A DNA stretch of 64,000 nt from Eubacteriales bacterium (lineage in GTDB: Bacteria; Bacillota; Clostridia; Oscillospirales; CAG-272): contig JAZNCE010000120.1 in NCBI GenBank assembly GCA_045587385.1, forward strand, positions 45,085 to 109,084. Direction: 5' to 3'. Shown piece by piece: positions 29,062 through 38,654 of the stretch (position 1 is its first letter; each line of letters opens with the position of its first letter). Made by a program: the position numbers and the translations under genes. The notes below the pieces were generated by a model. That model was not told the DNA's origin, searched no databases, and saw nothing but the letters and a program-made list of their open reading frames with translations.

Positions 29062-29816
29062 TCACCAAACGTATCATTCCCTGCCTGGACGTCAAAGACG
29101 GCAGAGTGGTCAAGGGCGTTAACTTTGCAGGTCTGCGCGACGTCAATTCGCCCGTGGAGCTTGCCAAATACTATAGCGACAACGGCGCTGACGAGCTTGT
29201 TTTTTATGATATCGCTGCATCGGCTGCAGATCGTGCCCTGTTTACCGATATTTTGACAGAGACCGCCAGAAACGTTTTTATCCCGCTTACGGTGGGCGGC
29301 GGCATCAATGCGCTTTCCGACTTTGAACGCGTACTTGCCTGTGGTGCGGACAAGGTCAGCGTCAATACGGGTGCTATCAAGAATCCCGACCTGATCTATG
29401 ACGCAGCGCGCCGATACGGCAGCCAATGCGTCGTGCTTTCCGCAGATATCAAGCGCGTGGACGGCACTTTCCGCATTTTTGCCAAGGGCGGACGCGAAAA
29501 CACCGGCATCGAGGCTCTGGAATGGGTCAGACGCGCCGAGCAAAACGGTGCGGGCGAGATCGTGGTCAATTCCATTGACACCGACGGCGTCAAGCAAGGC
29601 TTTGACCTGGAAATGCTGCAGGCGGTATGCGATACAGTCAAGATACCCGTGATTGCATCGGGCGGTGCGGGCAGCGTGCAGGACTTTATTACCCTTTTCA
29701 AAACTGTACCCGGTGTGGATGCGGGGCTTGCCGCATCGGTATTCCATTTCGGAGAAATAAAAATTCCCTCGCTCAAAGCAAAGCTTGCCGAGCAAGGGAT
29801 CGTTGTGAGGTTATAA
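29058..29816 (+). CDS. hisF: imidazole glycerol phosphate synthase, cyclase subunit
   Basis: Start at the ATG at 29058 (ATGA overlap with hisA): [20 protein letters not shown]. Confidence 0.95.
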   Translation: MITKRIIPCLDVKDGRVVKGVNFAGLRDVNSPVELAKYYSDNGADELVFYDIAASAADRALFTDILTETARNVFIPLTVGGGINALSDFERVLACGADKVSVNTGAIKNPDLIYDAARRYGSQCVVLSADIKRVDGTFRIFAKGGRENTGIEALEWVRRAEQNGAGEIVVNSIDTDGVKQGFDLEMLQAVCDTVKIPVIASGGAGSVQDFITLFKTVPGVDAGLAASVFHFGEIKIPSLKAKLAEQGIVVRL

Positions 29817-29817
29817 A

Positions 29818-30465
29818 ATGATTGATATAAAGGATTTGAAATTTGATCAGAACGGACTCATCCCCGCAATCGTGGTGGATGCAGCCGACGGCAAGGTGCT
29901 CATGCTTGCCTATATGAACGCAGAGAGCCTGCAGATCACCATGGACGAAGGCACGACCTGCTTTTGGTCGCGCTCCAGACAAGAGCTTTGGAGAAAGGGC
30001 GAAACATCTGGCAACCGCCAGCACGTGCTGTGCATCAAGGCGGACTGCGACCGAGACACCTTGACCGTGCTTGTCAATAAGGACGGCCCCGCCTGCCACA
30101 CGGGCGCAGAGACATGCTTTAACGATCTGCTTTACACAAGCGGCACGCAGGAGCCTTTCTCTCTTAAAACCTTAGAGGCACTGCTTGCCGACAGACGCGA
30201 AAAGATGCCCGAGGGCTCTTATACCACCTATCTGTTTGCCAAGGGCATGGACAAGATACTCAAAAAGGTGGGCGAGGAATCCACCGAGGTCATCATTGCG
30301 GGCAAAAATCAGGATAAGGCTGAAGCTATTTATGAGATTGCGGACCTTGCCTATCACGTCATGGTCATGATGAACGAAATGGGCATCTCGGTCGACGAGG
30401 TCAAGGCAGAGCTTGCCTCCAGACACATCATTGACCATAAGGTCAAGCAGGAAAAAATGAAATAA
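29818..30465 (+). CDS. hisIE: bifunctional phosphoribosyl-AMP cyclohydrolase / phosphoribosyl-ATP pyrophosphatase
   Basis: 215 aa. The HisI part reads [17 protein letters not shown], followed by the HisE part YTTYLFAKG...EESTEV. Confidence 0.9.
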   Translation: MIDIKDLKFDQNGLIPAIVVDAADGKVLMLAYMNAESLQITMDEGTTCFWSRSRQELWRKGETSGNRQHVLCIKADCDRDTLTVLVNKDGPACHTGAETCFNDLLYTSGTQEPFSLKTLEALLADRREKMPEGSYTTYLFAKGMDKILKKVGEESTEVIIAGKNQDKAEAIYEIADLAYHVMVMMNEMGISVDEVKAELASRHIIDHKVKQEKMK

Positions 30466-30467
30466 TC

Positions 30468-30510
30468 AAAAATCCCAACAGGCGCGAAAACCTGTTGGGA
30501 TTTTGTTTTT
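30468..30510. terminator. bidirectional rho-independent terminator between convergent genes
   Basis: Stem AAAATCCCAACAGG / CCTGTTGGGATTTT, flanked by A- and T-runs. Confidence 0.75.
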
Positions 30511-30513
30511 AAG

Positions 30514-31713
30514 TTAATTTCTTTCGCAAAACGCGCCGTTGGTGAAGTCCGGGAAGTCGACGGGTGCGCCGCCCTTGGCGATAGACATTTCGGACAGCGG
30601 GGTGACAGCCATCCATGCTGCTGCATCGTAGACGTCAATGGGGCAAGGCGTACCGTTGCGGACTGCCTCGATAAATGCGTCGTAGACCAAGCCGTCCATG
30701 CCGCCGTGGCCGCCGCGCAGTCCCTCCTTGAGATACTTCTCCCAAACGGGATGCTCGTACTTTTCCAGGTACTTTTCCGCGTTGTTCCACTGTACGGACC
30801 AATTCCAATGGTCCGCGGGAGTAAAATCGGAATCCAGGTAAATCGAGTTGTTATCTTCCATATACATACCCAGCGTGCCGCGAACGGTAAATCTGCGGCT
30901 GTAGGCTCTGGGCAGTGTGGTATCCAGGCTGAGCGAGATGGTCTCACCGTTGGCACACTTGATGATGGTGGTGACTACGTCACCCTGCGCGAAATTCGCA
31001 GTACGCAGCGCAGGATCGACGTTTTCATGCTGCTTTGCATATTCGTTCATGCCGCGCGACTTGCTTGCCACGGAAACGAGCGACAAAAAGCGGTTGCCGC
31101 GGTTGATATCCAGAATCTGTGCGATGGGTCCAAGCTCGTGCGTGGGGTAATTCTCGCAGTTTCTGTGCAGATAATTGCGCAGTCTGTAGTGTCTGTTTTC
31201 CTTGCCGAGTGCGATCTCGTCGCGCAGGTCGTGACAATAGCCGCCCTCGCAATGTACGATCTCGCCGAACAGCCCCTGCTTGATCATGTTCATGACCATC
31301 ATTTCGGTGCGACCATAGCAGCAGTTTTCAAGGAACATAAAGGGCGTTCCTGTCTGCTCGTAGGTGCGCACCAGATCCCAGCATTGATCGATGGAGTACG
31401 CGCCGCCAACCTCCATACCGACGGCAATGCCCTTTTGCATCGCTTCAATGGCGATCGGTACGTGGGATTCCCAGGAGGAAAGAATCATCACCGCATCTGC
31501 AAGCTCCTTATTGAGAACGTCATGCCAATTCGTGCTTGCAAAGGGTGCAGGTTGACCGTGGCGCACAACGGTATCCACGCCCCACTGTACTCTATCCTCA
31601 TATGTGTCGCATACAGCGGTCACGACCATGTTATCCATTTCCAACAAACAATGCTCCATCATATATTGACCGCGGCAACCAATGCCCACGACAGCCACTC
31701 TTACTTTTTCCAC
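30514..31713 (-). CDS. Gfo/Idh/MocA-family NAD-dependent oxidoreductase (possibly GH109-like glycosidase)
   Basis: I prefer the GTG at 31713 (GGAGG 6 nt upstream; VEKVRVAVVGIGCRG Rossmann start). The C-terminal GGHGGMDG motif recalls NAD-dependent GH109 enzymes. This is from memory and uncertain. Confidence 0.6.
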   Translation of the reverse strand: MEKVRVAVVGIGCRGQYMMEHCLLEMDNMVVTAVCDTYEDRVQWGVDTVVRHGQPAPFASTNWHDVLNKELADAVMILSSWESHVPIAIEAMQKGIAVGMEVGGAYSIDQCWDLVRTYEQTGTPFMFLENCCYGRTEMMVMNMIKQGLFGEIVHCEGGYCHDLRDEIALGKENRHYRLRNYLHRNCENYPTHELGPIAQILDINRGNRFLSLVSVASKSRGMNEYAKQHENVDPALRTANFAQGDVVTTIIKCANGETISLSLDTTLPRAYSRRFTVRGTLGMYMEDNNSIYLDSDFTPADHWNWSVQWNNAEKYLEKYEHPVWEKYLKEGLRGGHGGMDGLVYDAFIEAVRNGTPCPIDVYDAAAWMAVTPLSEMSIAKGGAPVDFPDFTNGAFCERN

Positions 31714-31796
31714 AACTGACCTCCGGGGTTGATATTCAAAATTACATAGATAATATATCATATTTCCGCATTTTTGTCAAGAATTTCTCAAAACTA

Positions 31797-31825
31797 TTGC
31801 AATGTTTTCTCGGTTGTGATATAAT
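31797..31825 (+). promoter_or_regulatory. sigma-70 promoter for trkA-trkH (TTGCAA-17-TATAAT)
   Basis: -35 at 31797-31802, 17-nt spacer, -10 at 31820-31825. Confidence 0.6.
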
Positions 31826-31860
31826 TGATATGTATGTAAACTTCTATATGGAGAAAAGCT

Positions 31861-33216
31861 ATGAGAATTATCATCGTTGGTGCAGGTACGGTAGGTACTG
31901 TTATTTGTACCAGACTTGCACAAGAACATCATAATATTACGCTGATCGACCATAATGTCGCGGTTCTGAATGAAATGAACACCAAGTTTGACGTGATCGG
32001 TGTCGAAGGAAACGGTGCGTCCGTCTCCACCTTGCGCAAAGCAGGCGCAGACAAGGCGGACTTGCTGATTGCCGTAACCAATCAGGACGAGTTGAATATT
32101 CTTTGCTGTGCATCCGCAAAAAAGCTTGGCACCAAGCACACTATTGCGCGTGTGCGTAACCCCGAGTACAGCGAGCTGATGCAGATGATCAAACAGGACC
32201 TCAACCTCTCTTTGACTATCAATCCCGAGCTGGCGGTTGCCAAAGAGATTTCCCGTATGCTGCGCTTCCCTTTTGCCACCAAGGTGGATACCTGTTATCA
32301 CGGCAGAGTGGAGCTTGCGGAGCTTGTGATTGCCGAAGGCTCTCCTCTTTGCGGCATGACCATGGCACAACTGCATACAAAGCTCAATCTGCGCTTTCTG
32401 ATTTGCGGCGTTTTGCGCCAAGGTAAGGCGTATATCCCCAAGGGTGATTTTATCCTCGCTGCGGGAGATCAGGTCTGCGTGACCGCTCACGACGAGGAGC
32501 TGGTCAACTTCTTTAAGGCAATAGGCGCGTACAAGCACCCTGTCAAGGACGTTTTAATCGTGGGCGGCGGCAGAATGACCTATTATCTGCTCAACCATCT
32601 GCAGAAAACCAAGATCCGCGCAACCGTCATTGAGCCGGACAAGACGCTTTGCCGCGGACTTGCCGAACGATTTGACTGCAACGTCATCCGTGATGACGGC
32701 ACCAATCAATCCGTGCTCAAAGAAGAAGGCATTGCCAACGCTGATGCATTCCTTGCTCTTTCCTCCGAGGATGAAGAAAACGCAATCGTTTCTCTGTACG
32801 CAAAAACGCAGGGCACCAAAAAAATCATTACGCTGATCAGTGCCATGCAGTACGTGGATCTCTTTAAGGGTATGGGGCTTGACGGCATCGTATCGCCCAA
32901 ATACTCCACGTCCAACGAAATCTTGCGCTACGTAAGATCGCTTGCCGTTACCAAGGACATTGAGATCGAATCCCTGCACAAGCTTATGGAAGATAGCTTT
33001 GAAGCGCTTGAATGCGTGATCAAAGAACCGGTTGAGGGCATTACGGGCATTCCGTTGAAGAACCTCAAGCTCAGACGCGATGTGCTGATCGCAAGCATTG
33101 TTCACAAGGACAAAATCGTTATTCCTTCCGGTAATGATAAAATGGAAAGCGGCGACACGGTCATACTGTTTACCACGGGTGTTGAAATCAACGACATAAA
33201 GGATATTTTAAAGTAA
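31861..33216 (+). CDS. trkA: Trk system potassium uptake protein TrkA (two RCK modules)
   Basis: 451 aa with duplicated NAD-binding starts (MRIIIVGAGTVG and VLIVGGGRM). Confidence 0.9.
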   Translation: MRIIIVGAGTVGTVICTRLAQEHHNITLIDHNVAVLNEMNTKFDVIGVEGNGASVSTLRKAGADKADLLIAVTNQDELNILCCASAKKLGTKHTIARVRNPEYSELMQMIKQDLNLSLTINPELAVAKEISRMLRFPFATKVDTCYHGRVELAELVIAEGSPLCGMTMAQLHTKLNLRFLICGVLRQGKAYIPKGDFILAAGDQVCVTAHDEELVNFFKAIGAYKHPVKDVLIVGGGRMTYYLLNHLQKTKIRATVIEPDKTLCRGLAERFDCNVIRDDGTNQSVLKEEGIANADAFLALSSEDEENAIVSLYAKTQGTKKIITLISAMQYVDLFKGMGLDGIVSPKYSTSNEILRYVRSLAVTKDIEIESLHKLMEDSFEALECVIKEPVEGITGIPLKNLKLRRDVLIASIVHKDKIVIPSGNDKMESGDTVILFTTGVEINDIKDILK

Positions 33217-33217
33217 T

Positions 33218-34657
33218 ATGAATTATCGCATGCTACGGTATCTGCTGGGATGCATCTTGTTCATCGAAGCCATTCTGATGACGCTGCCCCTGGCTGTATC
33301 ATTAATCTCGCATGAGAACATCATGCCTTTCGTATATACGATCGTAATTCTGCTTGTCATTTCGCTGCCATGCGTCATCCTGAAACCCAAAAACACGCAC
33401 ATCTACGCCAGAGAAGGCTTTGTTTGCGTCAGCGCAGCTTGGATCTTGCTGGCAGTATTCGGTGCTCTCCCCTTTATTTTCAGCGGAACGATCACCAATC
33501 CCATAGACGCATTTTTCGAAACGGTATCGGGCTTTACCACCACGGGTGCGTCCATTCTGCCCGCTGTGGAGCACCTGCCGCGCGGCATCCTGTTCTGGCG
33601 TAGCTTTACGCACTGGATCGGCGGTATGGGTGTACTGGTATTCATGCTTGCTATTCTGCCAAGCGCAGGCGGCGAAGCGATCCACCTGATGCGCGCAGAG
33701 GTGCCCGGCCCCACAAAGGGCAAGCTTGTGCCCAAGATGCGCCAGACCGCGCTGATCCTTTACGGTATTTACATTGTGTTGACGTTGATAGAGGTTGCAT
33801 TGCTGCTGATGTGCAAAATGCCGCTTTACGACGCAATCGTCAATTCCTTTTCAACTGCCGGTACAGGTGGCTTCTCGGTGCTGAATAATTCCATTGCCGG
33901 CTATAACAGCCCTGCGGTTGAGTGGATAATTGCCGTTTTCATGCTGCTGTTCGGCATTAACTTCAATCTGTTCTTCTTCATTTTGATCGGAAGAATCAAG
34001 GAAGTGTTTAAAAGCGAGGAACTGCGCGCTTATCTTTGCGTAGTAATTGCTTCAGTAGCGGTCATTTTGATCAACACCTATCATATGTTCGACTCCTTCG
34101 GACAAGGCTTACGTGCCGTCTTCTTCCAGGTTTCGTCTATCATGACAACAACCGGATTCTGCACGACAGAGTTCAACGAATGGCCCGTACTATCCAAAAC
34201 AGTGCTCGTCATGCTTATGATGATTGGTGCTTGTGCCGGATCTACCGGTGGCGGCTTGAAAATCTCGCGTATCATGATCTTATGCAAGAACATTGTCCGC
34301 GAGATCAAGCACATGATCAGACCCAGATCCGTGAACGTTGTTCGCGTAGACGGAGAGGTTGTGCCCGATGAAACGCTTCGCTCCGCTACGGGATATTTGA
34401 CGGTTTACATTCTGGTGACGATTGTAACAATGCTGATTATTTCCATCGACGGCATCAGCATGGAAACCAATCTGACCGCAGCAATCTCCTGCGTCAACAA
34501 CATCGGTCCTGCACTTGGTGAATTCGGTGCCTTTGGCAACTTTACGCCCTATTCCGACCTTTCCACGTTTGTGCTCTCGTTTGCAATGCTGTTTGGCAGA
34601 TTGGAGCTTGTACCCATGCTGGTACTGTTCTCCCCCTACGTATGGAAAAAGAGATAA
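33218..34657 (+). CDS. trkH: TrkH-family potassium transporter
   Basis: 479 aa, polytopic, with selectivity-filter-like TTTGAS, TAGTGGFS and TTTGFC segments. Confidence 0.9.
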   Translation: MNYRMLRYLLGCILFIEAILMTLPLAVSLISHENIMPFVYTIVILLVISLPCVILKPKNTHIYAREGFVCVSAAWILLAVFGALPFIFSGTITNPIDAFFETVSGFTTTGASILPAVEHLPRGILFWRSFTHWIGGMGVLVFMLAILPSAGGEAIHLMRAEVPGPTKGKLVPKMRQTALILYGIYIVLTLIEVALLLMCKMPLYDAIVNSFSTAGTGGFSVLNNSIAGYNSPAVEWIIAVFMLLFGINFNLFFFILIGRIKEVFKSEELRAYLCVVIASVAVILINTYHMFDSFGQGLRAVFFQVSSIMTTTGFCTTEFNEWPVLSKTVLVMLMMIGACAGSTGGGLKISRIMILCKNIVREIKHMIRPRSVNVVRVDGEVVPDETLRSATGYLTVYILVTIVTMLIISIDGISMETNLTAAISCVNNIGPALGEFGAFGNFTPYSDLSTFVLSFAMLFGRLELVPMLVLFSPYVWKKR

Positions 34658-34665
34658 CAAAAAAT

Positions 34666-34699
34666 GACGGCGAAGGCTTTTTAGCCTTCGCCGTTTTTC
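34666..34699. terminator. bidirectional rho-independent terminator
   Basis: Stem GACGGCGAAGGC / GCCTTCGCCGT followed by TTTTTC. Confidence 0.75.
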
Positions 34700-34700
34700 T

Positions 34701-35669
34701 TTATTTGGTTACGTTTTCGGGATTCCCTTGGCTTCTGTATGCTGCAAGCACGAGTCTGACGACCTTGGCAGCCTCTGCTCCGTCGATTGCAAAGTGTCTT
34801 CCCGTAGCTGCGCAGTCATAAAAATCTGCGATCAGTGCGCCATGGCCGGAGCCGTAGCATGCTTTTCCAAGCGCCAATGCTCCCTCCTCGTAGTGCTCGT
34901 GGCGGTTGCCGTACAAAACGTCCTTGGGCATGATCTTGAGCCATTCCCCGTCCGCACGTACGGTCAGCTCGACCGGGCAATCGGTTGCACCGCCGTTGGT
35001 CGCATAGAAGGTAAAGCCCTGATTGGGCTTGCCTGCTAAGATCACGGCTGTATCCTCAACCTCAATATCCTCTGACAGAGTCATGCAGGAAACACTAGCG
35101 CAAAGCTTCTCCGGCATGCCGACAAACCATTGCACCAGATCCAGCGTGTGCAACGCTTGATTGATCAGCACCCCACCGCCCTCGGTCTCCCATTTTCCTC
35201 TCCATGCGCCGGAAGCATAATATGCAGCATCTCTGTACCACGTCACACTAGCGGTCGCACAGAGGCTTTTTTTGCCCTCCAAATAGGACTTGACGGCAAG
35301 ATTGGCTGCATTGTATCTGTTTTGCAGACATACGCCCAGCTGAGCCTTGCTGTTTTTTTCAGCCTCCAGGATGCGAGGGATATCTTCTTCTCTGATACAC
35401 AGAGGCTTTTCGCAAAGCACGTTGATTCCCCGCTCCAAAGCAGCGATGATCATGTCGGCATGCAGGTAATGCGGTGTGCAGATATGTACCACGTCGATCT
35501 GCTCGCGTTCCAGCATCTCCACGTAATCCGTATAATGATGTTGCCCCGGAGCATTGCGCAAGGCGGTTTCATTGACGTCACACACCGCTACGATCTCATG
35601 CCCCTGACTATGAAGCACCTGCTCATGCAGCTTGGCTATATTACCGTAACCGATTATGGCAGATCTCAT
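34701..35669 (-). CDS. Gfo/Idh/MocA-family oxidoreductase
   Basis: Start moved to the ATG at 35669 (AAGGAG upstream): MRSAIIGYGNIAKLH..., with EKP motif CEKPLC. Confidence 0.8.
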   Translation of the reverse strand: MRSAIIGYGNIAKLHEQVLHSQGHEIVAVCDVNETALRNAPGQHHYTDYVEMLEREQIDVVHICTPHYLHADMIIAALERGINVLCEKPLCIREEDIPRILEAEKNSKAQLGVCLQNRYNAANLAVKSYLEGKKSLCATASVTWYRDAAYYASGAWRGKWETEGGGVLINQALHTLDLVQWFVGMPEKLCASVSCMTLSEDIEVEDTAVILAGKPNQGFTFYATNGGATDCPVELTVRADGEWLKIMPKDVLYGNRHEHYEEGALALGKACYGSGHGALIADFYDCAATGRHFAIDGAEAAKVVRLVLAAYRSQGNPENVTK

Positions 35670-35679
35670 AAAATTCTCC

Positions 35680-36858
35680 TTATTTAGAGCCAAACGTGCC
35701 TGCGGTATCTGCAATTGCACCGTCTTCGCAGGTCTTTTTCTTGGAAGTTGCTACGTGCTGCTCAAGCTCACGCAGATATCTGTCCTCATCAACAGGCAGC
35801 ATAATGGGCTCACCGTTGTTCCAACCCGAAAGCTCCATAGCGTTCATCAGCTCAACGCCGTTGATGCCCTCTTTACCGTCAACAAACAAGGGCTCTTCAC
35901 CGCGAATTGCTGCGATAAAGTTGTTGATTATACCCATGTGCTGGGGGTTCTCACCATCTGTCTCAACCTCGGTCAAGGTGCACTTAGGAGGAACGAAACC
36001 GATTGTTGCAGTCTTAGACCACTCCTGAGAGTCCTGCTCGTTCTGCCAATAGTACAGCTTATTGTTCTCTACCAGCAGCTTACCCTTGGTGCCCGAGATC
36101 TCAAAGCGGTTGGTACCGGGAGCTTCACCCGTGGTAGTGATAAACATGCCCGTTGCACCGTTCTTATAGCGGAAATATGCGGTTACGTCATCCTCTACTT
36201 CAATATCGTGCCACTTACCGTACTGGCAGAAGCCGTTGACCTGCACGGGCAGCTCGCCAACTACCCACTGTACAAGGTCGATCTGGTGGGGGCACTGATT
36301 GAACAGAACGCCACCGCCTTCGCCTTCCCACGTCGCTCTCCAGCTACCGCTATCGTAATACTGCTGGGTGCGGTACCAGTCGGTAATGATCCAAGTCACT
36401 CTCTGCAGCTCCCCAATGCCGCCTGCCTGCACGATCTCGCGCATTTTGCGGTATACACAGTTGGTACGCTGATTGAACATCATGGCAAACAGCGCGTTCG
36501 ACTGCTTGGCAACCTCATTCATCTCCTTGACCTGCTTAGTATAGACGCCTGCGGGCTTATCGCAGATGACGTGAATGCCGCGCTTGAGCGCTTCTATTAC
36601 CATTTCAGGGTGGAAATAGTGCGGAACAACGACCATGACCATATCGCAAAGACCGCTGTCCAGCATGTCGATGTAATTATCAAAATATGCGATGTCCTGA
36701 CCCACGGTTCTTGCTTTCATAGCCTCAATCTTGACGGGATTGTTATCGCAAAGTGCGGTGACCACACCGTTCGGAATCTTGCCGGGAATGAACAGCCCCG
36801 CCATATAGTGCGTGCCCTGATTACCAAGACCAATAATACCAACTCTTACCTTTTCCAT
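35680..36858 (-). CDS. Gfo/Idh/MocA-family oxidoreductase (long form)
   Basis: 392 aa: MEKVRVGIIGLGNQG, CDKPAG. Confidence 0.8.
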   Translation of the reverse strand: MEKVRVGIIGLGNQGTHYMAGLFIPGKIPNGVVTALCDNNPVKIEAMKARTVGQDIAYFDNYIDMLDSGLCDMVMVVVPHYFHPEMVIEALKRGIHVICDKPAGVYTKQVKEMNEVAKQSNALFAMMFNQRTNCVYRKMREIVQAGGIGELQRVTWIITDWYRTQQYYDSGSWRATWEGEGGGVLFNQCPHQIDLVQWVVGELPVQVNGFCQYGKWHDIEVEDDVTAYFRYKNGATGMFITTTGEAPGTNRFEISGTKGKLLVENNKLYYWQNEQDSQEWSKTATIGFVPPKCTLTEVETDGENPQHMGIINNFIAAIRGEEPLFVDGKEGINGVELMNAMELSGWNNGEPIMLPVDEDRYLRELEQHVATSKKKTCEDGAIADTAGTFGSK

Positions 36859-36871
36859 GTCTGTGTCCTCC

Positions 36872-37642
36872 TTAAAGGTTTGCTTTGATGTATTTGATGC
36901 TGCGTCCGACCTGCTCCATGGTGTCGGGCAGCGTTGCTGCGTTGTCCTGCTCTACAAGGAAATACTGCGCGCCTGCGGCTCTCATGCGAGGCAGCAGCGA
37001 AGTAAAGTCAATGTTACCGTCGCCAACGGGTGCAAAGACGGGGGTAAATCCACCGGGATTTTCGGGAGTATTGGTGATCATGTAGTCCTTTAAGTGGACA
37101 CAACAGATTCTTCCCTTCAATCTGTCAATCGTTGCGCCGACGTCCACGCCGCCGTACTGCAGCCAGTAGGTATCCAGCGTGTAGTTGATGTAGGGTGCAT
37201 TCTCAATGATGTAATCAAACACAGTCTGTCCGCCGTGCTTGAAGAATTCAAAATGGTGATGGTGATAGAAGAAGGAGAAGCCGTTTTGCTGCATGACCTC
37301 ACCAGCTTTATTGAGCTGCTCGATCATCTGCTTGCATCTGCTCTCATCAGCAATCGCATCTGGCGGCATAGCACCAAGACCGATGTTTTTGCAACCGAAC
37401 TTCGCGTGCTCCTCCATGAGTGCCTGCGTATCGTTTACAATGCGATCCATGGGCACGTGGGTCAGCACCACGGGTAAGCCCGATTGTGCACTGACGCGCG
37501 CGATTCTATCCGCATCAAAAGCACCGCCCGAATACTGGATATAGGAGTATCCCATCTCCTTAAGTGCCAAAGCAGCCTCTAAAAAATGCTCCTCGGTATC
37601 CAGATAATTACGGATGGAATACAAATTAAGTCCCGCTTGCAT
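36872..37642 (-). CDS. sugar phosphate isomerase/epimerase (xylose-isomerase-like TIM barrel)
   Basis: The start is uncertain (TTG at 37651 in the track, ATG at 37642). TIM-barrel family pattern: YHHHHFEF, VHLKD, LVEQD. Confidence 0.7.
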   Translation of the reverse strand: MQAGLNLYSIRNYLDTEEHFLEAALALKEMGYSYIQYSGGAFDADRIARVSAQSGLPVVLTHVPMDRIVNDTQALMEEHAKFGCKNIGLGAMPPDAIADESRCKQMIEQLNKAGEVMQQNGFSFFYHHHHFEFFKHGGQTVFDYIIENAPYINYTLDTYWLQYGGVDVGATIDRLKGRICCVHLKDYMITNTPENPGGFTPVFAPVGDGNIDFTSLLPRMRAAGAQYFLVEQDNAATLPDTMEQVGRSIKYIKANL

Positions 37643-38495
37643 CTTTCTCAAATCCCTCCTTGGTCTGCACGTAGCCGTTTTGCAGCAGCAGCTCTTTCAA
37701 GGCTGCGACAGCAGCGTCAAACGCCTGATCATTGTTCTCAAACGTAAACTTGTTTTTCATTTCACTTGCATCGATCTGGGCATATCCCGCAAACACGCGC
37801 AAGTGAGGTTCCAGCGTCAGTACCGCGTCCGCGTTCGGATCGATCATGGCGATCAGTTGCCCGATCCTGCCGTCACCGTGTCCTGCAGGCACGATCTCGC
37901 CTGTTTTCGCTATCACGTCCTTGACGTGAAAATAGTTGGTGTGTGCGTGCATAGCCTCCAGCGTTTGTGCGGAATCCTGACCGCATTGCAGATAGTTGGC
38001 AGGATCATACACGTGGGCAAGCCCCGGCACGTTTTGCTTGATCAGCTGCACGCGCTCCAAAGTGTCGCCTAAAATGTCCTTTTCGTTTTCATGGCACAGC
38101 AGCACGCCGAATTTTTCAGCCGTCTCCACCATGCGTTTCAGATAATCATATACTTTCTCGGGCTGATCATACGCGCCGAAAAAGCTGAACATACGGATTC
38201 TCTTGCAGCCGAATACGTTTGCAAGCTCGCAAACGTGCGCCACGGTTTGCAGATACTCCTCAATATCCACGGTAATATCCACTTTCCCAAGTGGCGAACC
38301 GATCGACCAGACCTCAATACCTGCAGCATCCAGCTCCGCCTTGATCTGCGCAGCCTCATCAAGCGTCAGATCCTTGACGTTTTTACCGTTTACCGAACGC
38401 AGCTCGGTCAAAGCAATATCATTTCTCGTCATTGCGGCAATCTGCCCTTGCAAAGAAGCAGATGCTTCATCCGAAAATGCACAAAGTCTTATCAT
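37626..38495 (-). CDS. sugar phosphate isomerase/epimerase (xylose-isomerase-like TIM barrel)
   Basis: Start moved to the ATG at 38495 (MIRLCAFSDEAS). Motifs: CHENEKD, FHVKD, TLEPH. Confidence 0.7.
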   Translation of the reverse strand: MIRLCAFSDEASASLQGQIAAMTRNDIALTELRSVNGKNVKDLTLDEAAQIKAELDAAGIEVWSIGSPLGKVDITVDIEEYLQTVAHVCELANVFGCKRIRMFSFFGAYDQPEKVYDYLKRMVETAEKFGVLLCHENEKDILGDTLERVQLIKQNVPGLAHVYDPANYLQCGQDSAQTLEAMHAHTNYFHVKDVIAKTGEIVPAGHGDGRIGQLIAMIDPNADAVLTLEPHLRVFAGYAQIDASEMKNKFTFENNDQAFDAAVAALKELLLQNGYVQTKEGFEKDASGT

Positions 38496-38569
38496 AGTGT
38501 CCCTTTCTTGTAATCCCAACGATTTCTAAGAAAAAATCGCCCTATAATTTGCAAATCCCATTGCTTTTT

Positions 38570-38598
38570 TTGCAATAATATTGTACAATATATATAAA
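38570..38598 (+). promoter_or_regulatory. sigma-70 promoter for the uxaC operon (TTGCAA-17-TATAAA)
   Basis: -35 at 38570-38575, 17-nt spacer, -10 at 38593-38598. The spacer contains the palindrome at 38578-38591. Confidence 0.55.
38578..38591. promoter_or_regulatory. perfect 14-bp palindrome ATATTGTACAATAT, candidate GntR-type operator
   Basis: The sequence is its own reverse complement. The TTGTACAA core fits the generic GntR-family (n)GT(n)AC(n) half-site logic. It lies inside both divergent promoters. Confidence 0.5.
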
Positions 38599-38608
38599 GC
38601 TCTGTCAA
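38580..38608 (-). promoter_or_regulatory. sigma-70 promoter for the TIM-barrel/oxidoreductase operon (TTGACA-17-TACAAT)
   Basis: On the minus strand, -35 TTGACA is at 38608-38603, the spacer is 17 nt, and -10 TACAAT is at 38585-38580. Confidence 0.55.
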
Positions 38609-38654
38609 GAGCATGTGCAAAACTATTTTTATTTTTTACAAACAGAGGTACTAC

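Noticed and set aside
30354-30956. 200-aa minus-strand ORF overlapping the hisIE end, the terminator and the Gfo/Idh/MocA gene
   Set aside because: It is an alternative frame of the well-supported oxidoreductase gene and reads through a strong bidirectional terminator. Its composition is Pro/Ser/Thr/Trp-rich.
31762-31860. c-di-AMP riboswitch upstream of trkA, given cdaA in the same window
   Set aside because: The promoter -10 at 31820-31825 leaves only about 35 nt of leader, with no extended conserved structure visible.
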